Shown here: positions 50,436 to 61,800 of the stretch, one piece after another
Position numbering within the stretch: position 1 is the first letter of the stretch
Layout of the letters: each line of letters starts with the position of its first letter
Source: Anthoceros angustus
Taxonomy: Eukaryota; Plantae; Anthocerotophyta
Assembly (NCBI GenBank): GCA_010909165.1
Contig: MU008158.1
Coordinates: 1,203,478 to 1,267,477 of the forward strand
Reading direction: 5' to 3'
Length of the DNA: 64,000 nucleotides
Notes under the pieces: model-generated
What the model saw: only the letters and a program-made list of their open reading frames with translations
The model's database searches: none
What the model was told of the DNA's origin: nothing
Translations under genes and position numbers: made by a program

Positions 50436-51634
50436 TCAGCGGAATTCAACAAGAGCCCGGCCAAGCACCTTCCCCTGACTCAAGGCCGAGTAGGCCTGAT
50501 CCGCCTCCTCCAGGCTGCATCTGTGGGTGACAGCAGCCTTGAGATCGAACGCCCCGGTCCGAGCCAAGGCGATGATATTGGGCAGATCCTGGCGAGCCCT
50601 GGCCCCGTATGAGCCGATGATACGAATCTGCCTCCTCACGAGACGGGTTATGTCAATTCCAGCCACTTCCCCCAGCTTCGGCAGCCCCACCATGACGGCC
50701 CTGCCCCCGTCCCGCACAGCCAGGGACGCCTGCACGAAAGTGGCGGCCTTCCCCAAGGCCTCCACCGCCACGTCCACCCCCTTCCCGCCCGTGATCTCCC
50801 GAATCCTCTCCACCGCGTCCTCCTCGGCGGCGTTCACCGTGTGCGTAGCCCCATTCCCCGCGCCTTCTCCAGCTTGCCCTGGTCCACATCCACTGCCACC
50901 ACGACGGTGGCGCCGAAGGCCTTGGCCAGCTGCACGCAGCCGCCCCGACCCCGCCCACCCCGACCACCGCCACGCTCTCCCCGGCCCGCAGATCCGCCGC
51001 ATTCCGCATCGCCCCGTAGGCGGTGAATATGGCGCACCCCATGATGGCCGACTCCGCGTACGGGAGCTCCTCGGGGAGCAGCGCCACCGCCGAGGCCGGT
51101 ACGACGCAGAACTCCGCCAGCCCGCCCATGCTGTACATGGCCACCGGCCGCCCGGACCCCGCCAGGAACAGCCGCGTGTGCCCGTCGTAGAGTGCGCCGT
51201 GCGCGCGGTTGTGGCGGAAGAACTGCTCGCACAGATCCTCCTGCCCCTTCACGCAGAAGAAGCATCCTCCGCAGGGCATGATGAACGCTCCCACCGCCCG
51301 GCTACCAATCGGGAGCCTCCGCGGGTGGCCGCGTCCGTCCCCGGCCCGTGCTCCACCACCTCCCCGCCACCTCGTGCCCCAGCACGGCGGGCAGCGGGAA
51401 CGGCTGCTCCGCCTTCATCACATGCAGATCGGAGTGGCACACCGCACGCCTCCGTCCGCAACAGCACCTCCCCAACTGCGGCCGCGGGATCTGCAGCTCC
51501 TCGATCACCATCGCCTTCCCCGGCTCCCACAGCACCGCTGCCCGCATCCTGGAAGCTCCCCCCGCCGCCGCCGCCGCCGTCGCCGCGGAATACTGCCGCC
51601 GCACCTGCATCAGCCAGCTCCATCTCTTCATCAT
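50436..51634 (-). CDS. HER2: Zn-dependent medium-chain alcohol dehydrogenase, At5g63620/HER2-like, probably mitochondrial; intronless, with several apparent frameshifts
   Basis: Across frames: MRAAVLWEPGK..EE..IPRP, CHSDLHVMK, GHEVAG, GAFIMPCGGCFFC..G..DLCE.FF..NRA.G.LYDG.TRLFL, MYSMGGLAE, GVDVAVEALGK, RLVRRQIRIIGSYGARARQDLP. N-terminus MMKRWSWLMQVRRQYS resembles a mitochondrial presequence. Confidence 0.85.
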
Positions 51635-52334
51635 CGCCGCCTGTCAGATTCCGAGCTCGGGTTCGCAAATCCCCTCAGTCCCTCGTGGCAGGAGCAGGAG
51701 GGGATACAACGAGGCTTAACTTTTGGACAAACTTCATCTTCCTGGAAAACGTTTCACGGCCCAAACATGTGGACAGATTTTGGACTCTTCTGCGTAACGT
51801 AGCTCAGCCACGCTCGGATATGTCTCTCTGGAGCTAGTTGGCGCGTACAGGCCATGGATGAGATCGAGACTCGGTGGGTGACATGTGGCCTGAGGAATGG
51901 CAGAGACAGCAGGGCCGCACGACGCGTGACACTTTGACAGCAGGCCAGCCTTCTACGCTTCGGAAAAGCTTGCGTCACGCAACGTGCCTGCCAGTGTTGT
52001 CCAAGTTCATAGAATATCCAACTCCTTGCCTCCGAGTCCGCGTTTGCCTATGCTTCAGCGCAGGAGCTTGAAAGAGAAACAAGCGCGGGCTAGTTGAGAG
52101 CAGTATCTGCAGAACGGATGCGGAAGAGAAGCATTGAGCATTGGAAAACATTTGTAGAAATTGGTACACTGTACTGGTGTTACAACCCATCCTGCCAGCA
52201 TTGTGCAGCATGGCACATTGCCGGATCAAGCCGAATCAAAAAACTTGGCAATGAAACACGCTGAGAGCTCCTGCTATGTAGATCCTAGGAGCTCGGTGGA
52301 ATGACATGCAACCGCGAGCACGCAGGGAAAAGCT

Positions 52335-52946
52335 TTAAAACACACCGAAGAATGGGAACAGCTGCACAAACGGAGCGGCCACCAGCAGGATGAGCCCGAC
52401 GGTGACCGGGATGCCCTTCTTCTCCGCGAACGCCTTCCTGAAGCCGCCGGCGGCGTTGATGTGCTCGTAGAGGAGATAGATACCGATAGCCAGGCTGATG
52501 AAGATGGCCAGGGCGGAGTAGCGGCCGACGGCGCTGCCGTACGCGAGGAAGAACGGGGACACCACGACCAGAAGGATGAGAGCCGCGGGGAGCTCCAGCA
52601 CGTCGGGGAAGTGGCGAGGGAAGAAGAGCTTGAGCACCACGGCGATGAAGGCGATCACCTTGCCGAAGCTTCCCCACAGCCAGTTGAAGATGAGGTCCGG
52701 GAGGTTGATGTAGAGGTAGGGGATGAGCAGCGCAGTGAGGAAGTTGGTGCGCCAGTTGGTGCGGTCCAGGACCAGCAGGTAGATGGCGGCGATGGCGGCC
52801 AGCCACTGCAGGAAGCTGGCGGTCCAGGATTCCTGCAGCACCTGCCCGGTGTGCATCGCCAGGCTGTTGACGGCCGCGGCCAGCGCCTTGACGTCGTCGG
52901 AGAGCCCGTCCGTGCGCTGCGCGATGAATGTCCGCTGGAGCCCCAT
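52335..52946 (-). CDS. COR413: COR413/WCOR413 cold-acclimation multi-pass membrane protein, intronless
   Basis: FLQWLAAIAAIYLLVLDRTNWRTNFLTALLIPY..NLP; IAFIAVVLKLFFPRHFPD.LELP; YLLYEHI.A.GGFRKAF. Confidence 0.93.
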   Translation of the reverse strand: MGLQRTFIAQRTDGLSDDVKALAAAVNSLAMHTGQVLQESWTASFLQWLAAIAAIYLLVLDRTNWRTNFLTALLIPYLYINLPDLIFNWLWGSFGKVIAFIAVVLKLFFPRHFPDVLELPAALILLVVVSPFFLAYGSAVGRYSALAIFISLAIGIYLLYEHINAAGGFRKAFAEKKGIPVTVGLILLVAAPFVQLFPFFGVF

Positions 52947-53067
52947 CGCAATCTGCTCTCAGACAGGCTCGATAGTGCAGGGTGGGGCGGGAACTCGCAA
53001 CAACAGCGATGGCAGTGGTGAGGGTGAAGAATGGGGAAGCTGGCTAGGAGCAAAGGAATGTTCGCGC

Positions 53068-53433
53068 TTTTAAATAGACGCACATTCGGGGTTCAATAAT
53101 ATCCCGGTCTGATGGCTGATTGTTAGGGTAAGGCTGCAATGTGGCCACCAGACGACAGGGCGCAGCGCTGGCGAGTCCATGGGACCACGTGCCGCCCTTT
53201 GGCCCCATCCACCTGGGGGCCCAGATTTGCAGCCAGCGCATGCTCAGGGCAAGCGTTTCTGCCGAGCCTTCCCGCCTTCACTTCCCGCGTTGGGATCTAG
53301 GTGGTAGCAATTCGGGTCCCAGGTCTGCTGCGAGCATTTTCAAGTCCTGAAGCTGGCACAGGAAAATGTGCATTCCAAACTAAGTTTTGCATTTTGTGAC
53401 TTTGGTCTTTTTTGCAAGGTCACAATGACGTGG
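53068..53433. promoter_or_regulatory. Divergent promoter elements between COR413 and the SdpI-like gene: TATA-like (53068-53076, -), G-box/ABRE CACGTG (53186-53191), TGACGTGG (53426-53433)
   Basis: Motifs seen directly; function inferred. Confidence 0.45.
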
Positions 53434-53649
53434 TTGATGGAGGGTGTGACGCACAGTGCTTGGCAGGGAAGAAGGGAAGAGGAAAAATTGGCTGACCGTG
53501 CTGTGTCTTATGGACTCCGTTGCTCCTGCGGTGTTCCAGGGTGATGCGGTGCTGGAGGGGGCGATGAAGAGGTCGAGCATGACGGAGGAGAAGTGAGGGA
53601 GGAGGTTGAGCTCGGCAGCCCCTTTCGGGAAGGGAGGGCGGAGGGCAAG

Positions 53650-54300
53650 ATGCAAGTCACGGGCTTCAAGGGGGTGCAGGCGGCTCTTTTTGCTGCGGTG
53701 CTGGGAGTGTTGTTGTCGCTGGGGTTCTTGGCATGGCTGCCGTCTTACATGGTCATATGGGGGATGCATGTGCCCCGGTTTGTGGGACTGTTTCTCATTC
53801 CCGTCTTGGGCCTGGTGCTTTCGGGGCTTCTCTCGCTCATTGTGAGTTGCGACCCACATCTGGTTGACCATTCCTCCAACTCCCGGGCCGCCATTTGGGG
53901 TGTGGTGGTCCTACCTTCGGTGTTCGCGGTGCCGGTGCACGCTGTTGCGCTCTGGGCTAACGCCAGACACGAGGATCTGGGCATCACCCCTTGGGTTTTT
54001 CTGTCGGGCTTGCTGCTTATATACTTGGGGGTGATATTCAGGTATGTGGAGCAGAATTATGTTGTGGGCATCAGGGATGTGTGGACTCTGAGAAGCTCTG
54101 AGGTGTGGGAGGACACTCATCGCTGCGCTGCTGTTTTGTTTGTGATCTTTGGAGTGGTGGGCCTTGTGCTTACTTGGTTCGTGCCCGCTGGGCTCCTTCA
54201 GATTGTGACCATCGTGGGCCTGTTTGTCGTCCCTAGTGTCATCTCCGTCGTGTATTCTTATATCATCAGGTCTGATAGGTATCAATACATTGTGAGGTAG
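53650..54300 (+). CDS. SdpI/YfhL-family six-TM membrane protein (bacterial toxin-immunity-like), intronless
   Basis: Six hydrophobic segments; signature QNYVVGIRDVWTLRSSEVWEDTHR matches the SdpI consensus N..GIRT.WTL....VW..THR; FVGLFLIP and CDP resemble the SdpI/DUF1648 N-terminal half; 216 aa from ATG 53650. Confidence 0.82.
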   Translation: MQVTGFKGVQAALFAAVLGVLLSLGFLAWLPSYMVIWGMHVPRFVGLFLIPVLGLVLSGLLSLIVSCDPHLVDHSSNSRAAIWGVVVLPSVFAVPVHAVALWANARHEDLGITPWVFLSGLLLIYLGVIFRYVEQNYVVGIRDVWTLRSSEVWEDTHRCAAVLFVIFGVVGLVLTWFVPAGLLQIVTIVGLFVVPSVISVVYSYIIRSDRYQYIVR

Positions 54301-55216
54301 GTCTACCTGTCTTTATTGCTCCAATATACCTTTTCTAGCTACCTATTTGGTACTTGAATGTCTTCCTAGCGCATTAGCATACCTACTATGTAAGGATAAG
54401 TTTTCACATCTCTCATGGCCAACTGGCTCTGGTACAAGGTGTTTTTTTTTGACACTCCTGATGAGCTGAGGACCTAGCACACGGGGATGTCTGTCACGAC
54501 AATCTCGTGTACATATTGTGGAACATAAAAAATGCGTGCCTCAAACCTGCCCATCATATATTTCCTCTGCAGCTAGAGCTCATCGTTGCCCTGAAGTTGG
54601 GATTCTCTGTGGTGGGCAAAACCACTTCAAAACAGACGACATCTTGACTTATGTGCCATCAGTTCATGCAAAGTTTAGAAACCCGGAAGGATCACATTAC
54701 ATAGCTACATCTCCTTTTATGAAGCAAACCAGATGGCTTCAACACAACAAAGATCATACATAGCCCTGCTGCAAAACTGGGTCATTCAAATATGTGAGCT
54801 ACCGAGGAGAAACTAATACAGCCCGGCATTGCTACAACATGCCGAGCTGGTTGTAAACAAGCCGAGCTGCAGGATGGCACCCACAAGGAGGCAGGGCTAG
54901 TCTGTTTGAGCGTCACTAACAGGTGGCCTACGTAGGTAGGTTTGCGCAAGGCTGAAAGGAAAAACAGCACCTGTCATTCCTGCTACTAGACCTGCCGTGG
55001 ACTAAAGCACGCTTGGCACGTCAGGCCCTGTGTTGCGCGGTTGCCTGGACATTTCACTTCAGGCTGGCTGGTTCATAGTTATGTGTATTTCTATAAAACT
55101 CTTGGATGGCACGTTTACCGCACATCATTTTGCTCTCTCCCTGTGTATCGGCAAATTCCGCAATAACGCTACGGCATCTGCTCGCTCCTGCCATTAGCAA
55201 GTCTGGTGTAGGGACG

Positions 55217-56552
55217 ATGTCAGCTATGGCCCAGGCCACGTATGAAGGTGTTACTTCGAGTTCCCGCCCGCTTCCTCATTTGCAGTATTGCGCCCTATTG
55301 CTGTCTCCGGATCATCCTGACTTTTGGGTGTGTGCTTTTCTGTTACTGAAGAGGAGCCAGCTCAAAATGCTCAAACTCCTACAGCTCGCTCGGCGGACGA
55401 GCAAAAAAGACTTGGGAGCGTGGCCCGCAACATCATTCCTCACATTTTGAACCTGTTCATCCTCTCTCACCTTCTATCCTCACCTATGAATTTTCAATTT
55501 CTCGTCCCAGTCCTCGGTTTGCATCGCAGACCTAAATTACTTCTCTCTGCCGGTGCAGCTATAATTGTACAGCTACCGCAAGCGATTTCGAAATCTACTC
55601 ACAAGATGCCACCTTTGAAGATCCTCTCATGCGTGCTCGCGGGTAACATCTCTGTCTCTCTCACCTTGCCAGGTGCAATGAAGTAGGTGGAAACAAGCTT
55701 AGGTCGGTCAGTGACTTCATGTCGTCCTGGTTACTGCAGTGTCCCACAGATCAAGTCCGCGTTCTATTCAATCCCTAAAGTAAGTCTTTAGTCCTCTTGG
55801 CAGTGTCTGACACTGCTTTGATGCTGAGAGCCAGGAGTTCATGACAGTGGCAAGGTATAACCTGTTGAACTTGGCAGGTATTCAAAGAGGCGAAGCTTGC
55901 AGAGTACGAAGTTGAAGAGGTAGAAACAAGTTCGGGAACTGGCGAAGTGAGTGCTTTCCCGATGGTTCTTTCACTTCCTTCGTCCAAAATATTACACTAA
56001 TTATTGCATACCTGTATGAAAACATTCCACACTTCCATACCTGGTGGCTTCGTTTGTGTCCAAGCAGATAAGGATCAAAAACCTGCAACATTATAAGATC
56101 GCGGGGCGACAAATCGACATGAATTCTCTCATTAAGTTGCAGGTCAGAGACCCTAGTGCTGCTTGGCTGGTTGTATCTTCAAGCTGTGATACCTTCCAGT
56201 GTTCACATTGAAAAATGGAGTATTCACTAACAACAGGTTCAACTTTTCGTTGGCGCGGGCTGATTCTTGCTGCCATCTGGTTGATGCAGGTTGAAAACGG
56301 TCTAGTTGTGAGGCATGAGGATTTGTAAGTACATGTTAACCTTACCCTTGTTATGCTACATGTTGGTTTCTTTTCCATTTTCATGATTGCCTGCGGCAAT
56401 ATTAGGTGGGAGGGAAACCCCTGTGGAACAAGGACACGATCAAGTGGCCGCTGGTCGGTCGTGCAGCATCGGCATTGCGGCGAGGGAACATGTTCGTGAC
56501 TCATGCTTTCATGGGTTTTGGGAAGGATCCAAAGCCGGAGGCAAACAGCTGA
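55217..56552 (+). CDS. NTF2/SnoaL-like plant protein (At5g04830-like), copy 1; 1-bp G deletion in the last exon (error or pseudogene)
   Basis: Spliced exons give IIPHILNLY..DFEIYSQDATFEDPLMRARGVPQIKSAFYSIPKVF..IKNLQHYKIAGRQIDMNSLIKLQVENGLVVRHEDLW..KPLWNKDT..PLVGR..RRG.MF.THAFMGFGKDP. Confidence 0.82.
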
Positions 56553-57313
56553 AATTGATTTCTGCAGTCCATAACCTTAACCCTCACGAAACCTGAGGCC
56601 CACTGTACATACAGATATGTAATACTCCTCTTTCATGCGTACAGAAAAGTTGTGAAAAATGAGTGGCTGGCATGGAAGTTTGGTTGCTCTCATTGTCTCC
56701 CACGTGTCACGGTGTGTTACGTATCTTTGCAAAATAACCATGAGATTTTTATTGAGGTGAAAAAGGATGGGAAAAGGAGGGACCAACCAAAGGGGACCGG
56801 GGTTGAGTGGAGAGGAGCAACTAAGCTCCCTACCTAAAGTCATCTACTGCACCCACAATGTCATAAATGGTCCGCAAACCACGAAGGTAGAGGAAGATGC
56901 GTCACCCATCGCCGCCGACTTGTGGAGGATCGCCATTGAGAGTGCCCGTTGAAGGGCAATTGAAACCCGTTGTCGAAGTATGCCGTGAAGTACGAGGGAT
57001 GTTTGAGCGTCACTAACAGGTGGCCTACGTAGGTAGGTTTGCGCAAGGCTGAAAGGAAAAACAGCACCTGTCATTCCTGCTACTAGACCTGCCGTGGACT
57101 AAAGCACGCTTGGCACGTCAGGCCCTGTGTTGCGCGGTTGCCTGGACATTTCACTTCAGGCTGGCTGGTTCATAGTTATGTGTATTTCTATAAAACTCTT
57201 GGATGGCACGTTTACCGCACATCATTTTGCTCTCTCCCTGTGTATCGGCAAATTCCGCAATAACGCTACGGCATCTGCTCGCTCCTGCCATTAGCAAGTC
57301 TGGTGTAGGGACG

Positions 57314-58648
57314 ATGTCAGCTATGGCCCAGGCCACGTATGAAGGTGTTACTTCGAGTTCCCGCCCGCTTCCTCATTTGCAGTATTGCGCCCTATTGCTG
57401 TCTCCGGATCATCCTGACTTTTGGGTGTGTGCTTTTCTGTTACTGAAGAGGAGCCAGCTCAAAATGCTCAAACTCCTACAGCTCGCTCGGCGGACGAGCA
57501 AAAAAGACTTGGGAGCGTGGCCCGCAACATCATTCCTCACATTTTGAACCTGTTCATCCTCTCTCACCTTCTATCCTCACCTATGAATTTTCAATTTCTC
57601 GTCCCAGTCCTCGGTTTGCATCGCAGACCTAAATTACTTCTCTCTGCCGGTGCAGCTATAATTGTACAGCTACCGCAAGCGATTTCGAAATCTACTCACA
57701 AGATGCCACCTTTGAAGATCCTCTCATGCGTGCTCGCGGGTAACATCTCTGTCTCTCTCACCTTGCCAGGTGCAATGAAGTAGGTGGAACAAGCTTAGGT
57801 CGGTCAGTGACTTCATGTCGTCCTGGTTACTGCAGTGTCCCACAGATCAAGTCCGCGTTCTATTCAATCCCTAAAGTAAGTCTTTAGTCCTCTTGGCAGT
57901 GTCTGACACTGCTTTGATGCTGAGCCAGGAGTTCATGACAGTGGCAAGGTATAACCTGTTGAACTTGGCAGGTATTCAAAGAGGCGAAGCTTGCAGAGTA
58001 CGAAGTTGAAGAGGTAGAAACAAGTTCGGGAACTGGCGAAGTGAGTGCTTTCCCGATGGTTCTTTCACTTCCTTCGTCCAAAATATTACACTAATTATTG
58101 CATACCTGTATGAAAACATTCCCACACTTCCATACCTGGTGGCTTCGTTTGTGTCCAAGCAGATAAGGATCAAAAACCTGCAACATTATAAGATCGCGGG
58201 GCGACAAATCGACATGAATTCTCTCATTAAGTTGCAGGTCAGAGACCCTAGTGCTGCTTGGCTGGTTGTATCTTCAAGCTGTGATACCTTCCAGTGTTCA
58301 CATTGAAAAATGGAGTATTCACTAACAACAGGTTCAACTTTTCGTTGGCGCGGGCTGATTCTTGCTGCCATCTGGTTGATGCAGGTTGAAAACGGTCTAG
58401 TTGTGAGGCATGAGGATTTGTAAGTACATGTTAACCTTACCCTTGTTATGCTACATGTTGGTTTCTTTTCCATTTTCATGATTGCCTGCGGCAATATTAG
58501 GTGGGAGGGGAAACCCCTGTGGAACAAGGACACGATCAAGTGGCCGCTGGTCGGTCGTGCAGCATCGGCATTGCGGCGAGGGAACATGTTCGTGACTCAT
58601 GCTTTCATGGGTTTTGGGAAGGATCCAAAGCCGGAGGCAAACAGCTGA
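57314..58648 (+). CDS. NTF2/SnoaL-like plant protein (At5g04830-like), copy 2, apparently intact, 8 exons
   Basis: Same exons as copy 1 with GT-AG sites; last exon open (RWEGKPLWNKDT...GFGKDPKPEANS*). Confidence 0.87.
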
Positions 58649-58843
58649 AATTGATTTCTGCAGTCCATAACCTTAACCCCTCACGAAACCCGAGGCCCAC
58701 TGTACATACAGATATGTAATACTCCTCTTTCATGCGTACAGAAAAGTTGTGAAAAATGAGTGGCTGGCCGCGGAAGTTTGGTTGCTCTCATTGTCTCCCA
58801 CGTGTCACGGTGTGTTACGTATCTTTGCAAAATAACCATGAGA

Positions 58844-61800
58844 TTTTTATTGAGGTGAAAAAAGGATGGGAAAAGGAGGGACCAACCAAAGGGGACCGGG
58901 GGTTGAGTGGAGAGGAGCAACTAAGCTCCCTACCTAAAGTCATCTACTGCACCCACAATGTCATAAATGGTCCGCAAACCACGAAGGTAGAGGAAGATGC
59001 GTCACCTACTGTCGCCGACTTGTGGAGGATCGCCATTGAGAGTGCCCGTTGAAGGGCAATTGAAACCCGTTGTCGAAAGTATGCTGTGAAGTACGACAGG
59101 GACAGCCCCGCACCGTGTTTGCGCGCATGGTTAGCTTTGGCACAGGACTTGACGAATTTGTCAAAGTCCTCAGCCATTGCCCCGTACGTTTCTAGTGCAA
59201 GCGGAATAAAGAGGTGGCCTGCTTGCATCCTGCTATATTTGCGGACCTTGAGAGCCGCTACTCCAGCAGCAGCCCAACCTGGACGGTTAGTGATGACCTA
59301 AGATGGTGTCTCGTGTAGAATCGGTAACCACCACATCTGCCACCGAAACCTGGTTGCCACGGACAAGGTATGTGTCACTGTTAAACATCCAGACGGAGAG
59401 TATACACCTGCTCCCTCCAGCCATGTAGCCACTTTCGCGAGCGATGGCGAACATGACATCGCGGATGGCGTCGTGAGTGGCAATGCGATGACCCCCGTAG
59501 GGACAACGAGCAAGGTGTTCCCCAGAATCATCGAGGGCAGAGCCGCACTCGCAAGTAAGGAGCGAAGAAGCCACATGCTGGAGCAGGCCAAGACGAAATC
59601 GCATCGCACTAGTGAAGGTGGTTGGTGCGATGTGAAGACCTCATATGCATGGGCAGGTCAGTAGCCAAGCACCTGCGCCCTTCCCAGAACAAGAGCGAAG
59701 CTGCGCTCTTCTAGACTTGGGGATGCAGGGGTCCTGGAGAACAGATTGGAAAGCCAGGCCGAGCTGCTTCTCAAGCAGGGATGCCTGCAACCCCCTGAAA
59801 CCATCAGTAATAAATGTCTAGAAAGGAGGGAAGTCTTTCCGAGCATCCACTGATAACATGTCCCTAGCTTGCCTCAAGTACATTTAGAGAGAGAAGGTTC
59901 CCTCCTCCACACCTAATACGAGATCCTCTAGAAAGAGCCTGTCATGGAGGATGAATCGAGAAGCCAAAGCAGGGGCAGAGAGGGCCCAACTGCCCAAGAA
60001 AGCCGCCGGGGAAGAGACCTCCAGTGAGTAGACTGCCTCCAAATTGCATGTAGGACGCTTGCTGGCTAGATCGCCCACAGGGCACTCAAAAGCCCCTGAG
60101 CCCAGGATGTCCCCAAGAGTATTTATAATCTTCCTATCAAACCGCCACAACCGGGACAAAAGGGTCGGGGACGGAGGCAGCGTACGGATGAGGTAACTAG
60201 GGCGCCTAGCAAAACAGGAGGAAAGAATTCCAAAGGCCACCTGTGTATCCTCCAGCAAAAGGAGGTCCTCGAGCAAATCGTCAATCGGCAATCCCAAAGC
60301 CGGAGCAATCTCCCTAACAAGAAACTGCAAAGTAGGTAGAATCCCCGACGGAGACCAGATGCGGCACTTGGACAGCTTGACCTTCAAGCCCACCAAAGAA
60401 AGCTCATGAGAGAAGAGGTAAAGGCCTCCTTGACTTTGTCCCCAGGCCCAAGGATGTGAGAATAGTCTGCCAGCGAAGGGAAGACATAGTCGCGTGCTGA
60501 GAAGGCGGCCCTAGATAGGGCCCTATAGTGAGCAATGGCGAAGAGAGCACCACCCAGGGGGTCGCCTTGCCTGGTACCTGTGGCCGATTCCAAGACTGAG
60601 ACAGCAAACCCTGAAGAGACGTTCTTTGTGCTGGTAGTAGAGGTTGGAGGACCTCCCGTAGAAGCACCAGACAAAAGGTATAAGGCTCCCCTGGACGCCG
60701 CCAGCATCCCTAAGTTCCTCGAAGATGACGCTCCTAGATATGGTATTAAAGGCGTTCTCGACATCAACCTGTAAGACCACCCACTCCGGATGGGTATCAA
60801 GGCATGCCTTCACTCCAAACACCATAGACTTACAGCCCCCGGAGTGGCAATGCCAAATTGAAGGGGGTTGAGGTGTTGCTAGAGAAGGGAGCGGCACTGA
60901 AGGGCAAAAGTGTGGCTGAGTAGCCGCATGAAGGCTTCCCCGACTGCGAGTGGGCGCACGCCTGACGTGTGCTTGTCCATAGCGACAAGCCTGCTAGCTG
61001 CAAGAACATGGGAAATCCGGTGAGGCGTTTCACCCCGAGCCTCCGCAACGGCCAGAGAAAAGAGCTCTGGGAAACCACTAGATGGATCTTCGGGGAGAAA
61101 AAGGTCCCTGAGTTGTTCAAACACCATTTCTGACAACCCGGCAGATGAAAGACGTGGGGCCGTAGAGAGTGCCAGAGCAAAAGCTGCTCGATCCAGAGAG
61201 AAGGGATCCTTCGGGACATAGTTGGATATGTCCGGGGGATGGCATCCTTGGGTGTTGGATGGAGGGCACGGAGGGCAACAATGGTCTCTTCAGAAGCGGG
61301 GGCCATAGGGAGGGGTCGAAGAGCCTTGGCAGCGTGAGCATATTCACCTACCTAACCAAGCAACTTGCAACGGCGCAGGTTTGTTGCATTATCCGGGACC
61401 TGTTCCAAGTGCTGTGCGGATTCCGCCCGAACCTTGGCAGCATGCAAAGCCTCCTCCTAGAGGGATGCCTAGTCACCATCGCGAAAGCGCCGAAGACGGC
61501 TAGCAACTTCCCGATGCCCAGAAACCCTACCCCTAGTACACCAAAGGCACCACCGGGGGAGAAGCAGGAGAAGGCACTAAGCTAGCTCGTCCTGGGGATC
61601 GAGCGCTAGGCAATCCAAGGGAAGACGGAACGCCAAACGGGCATCATAATGAAGGTGGCGGGGAAGCCTGCGGAAGATGCACGGGCATGGAAAGTGGGTT
61701 TCAAACATCCCAAGGATGTGATCCAGCTGACCCCGCAACCATTCCCAGGAAGAGAGAGGCACCCCAGGGAGGACGATACTGGATGCCGGAGCCTGGAGGT

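Larger units (their letters stand above)
54903..59100. repeat. ~2.1-kb tandem duplication (54903-56999 / 57000-~59100) containing the NTF2-like gene and the LINE 3' end
   Basis: Near-identical colinear copies with an offset of about 2097 bp. Confidence 0.93.

Noticed and set aside
50527-51837. 436-aa plus-strand ORF
   Set aside because: Antisense shadow of the GC-rich ADH gene.
54903-58843. Long LINE 3' UTR or 3' transduction
   Set aside because: The region is an intron-containing host NTF2-like gene on the opposite strand; simple tandem duplication explains it.
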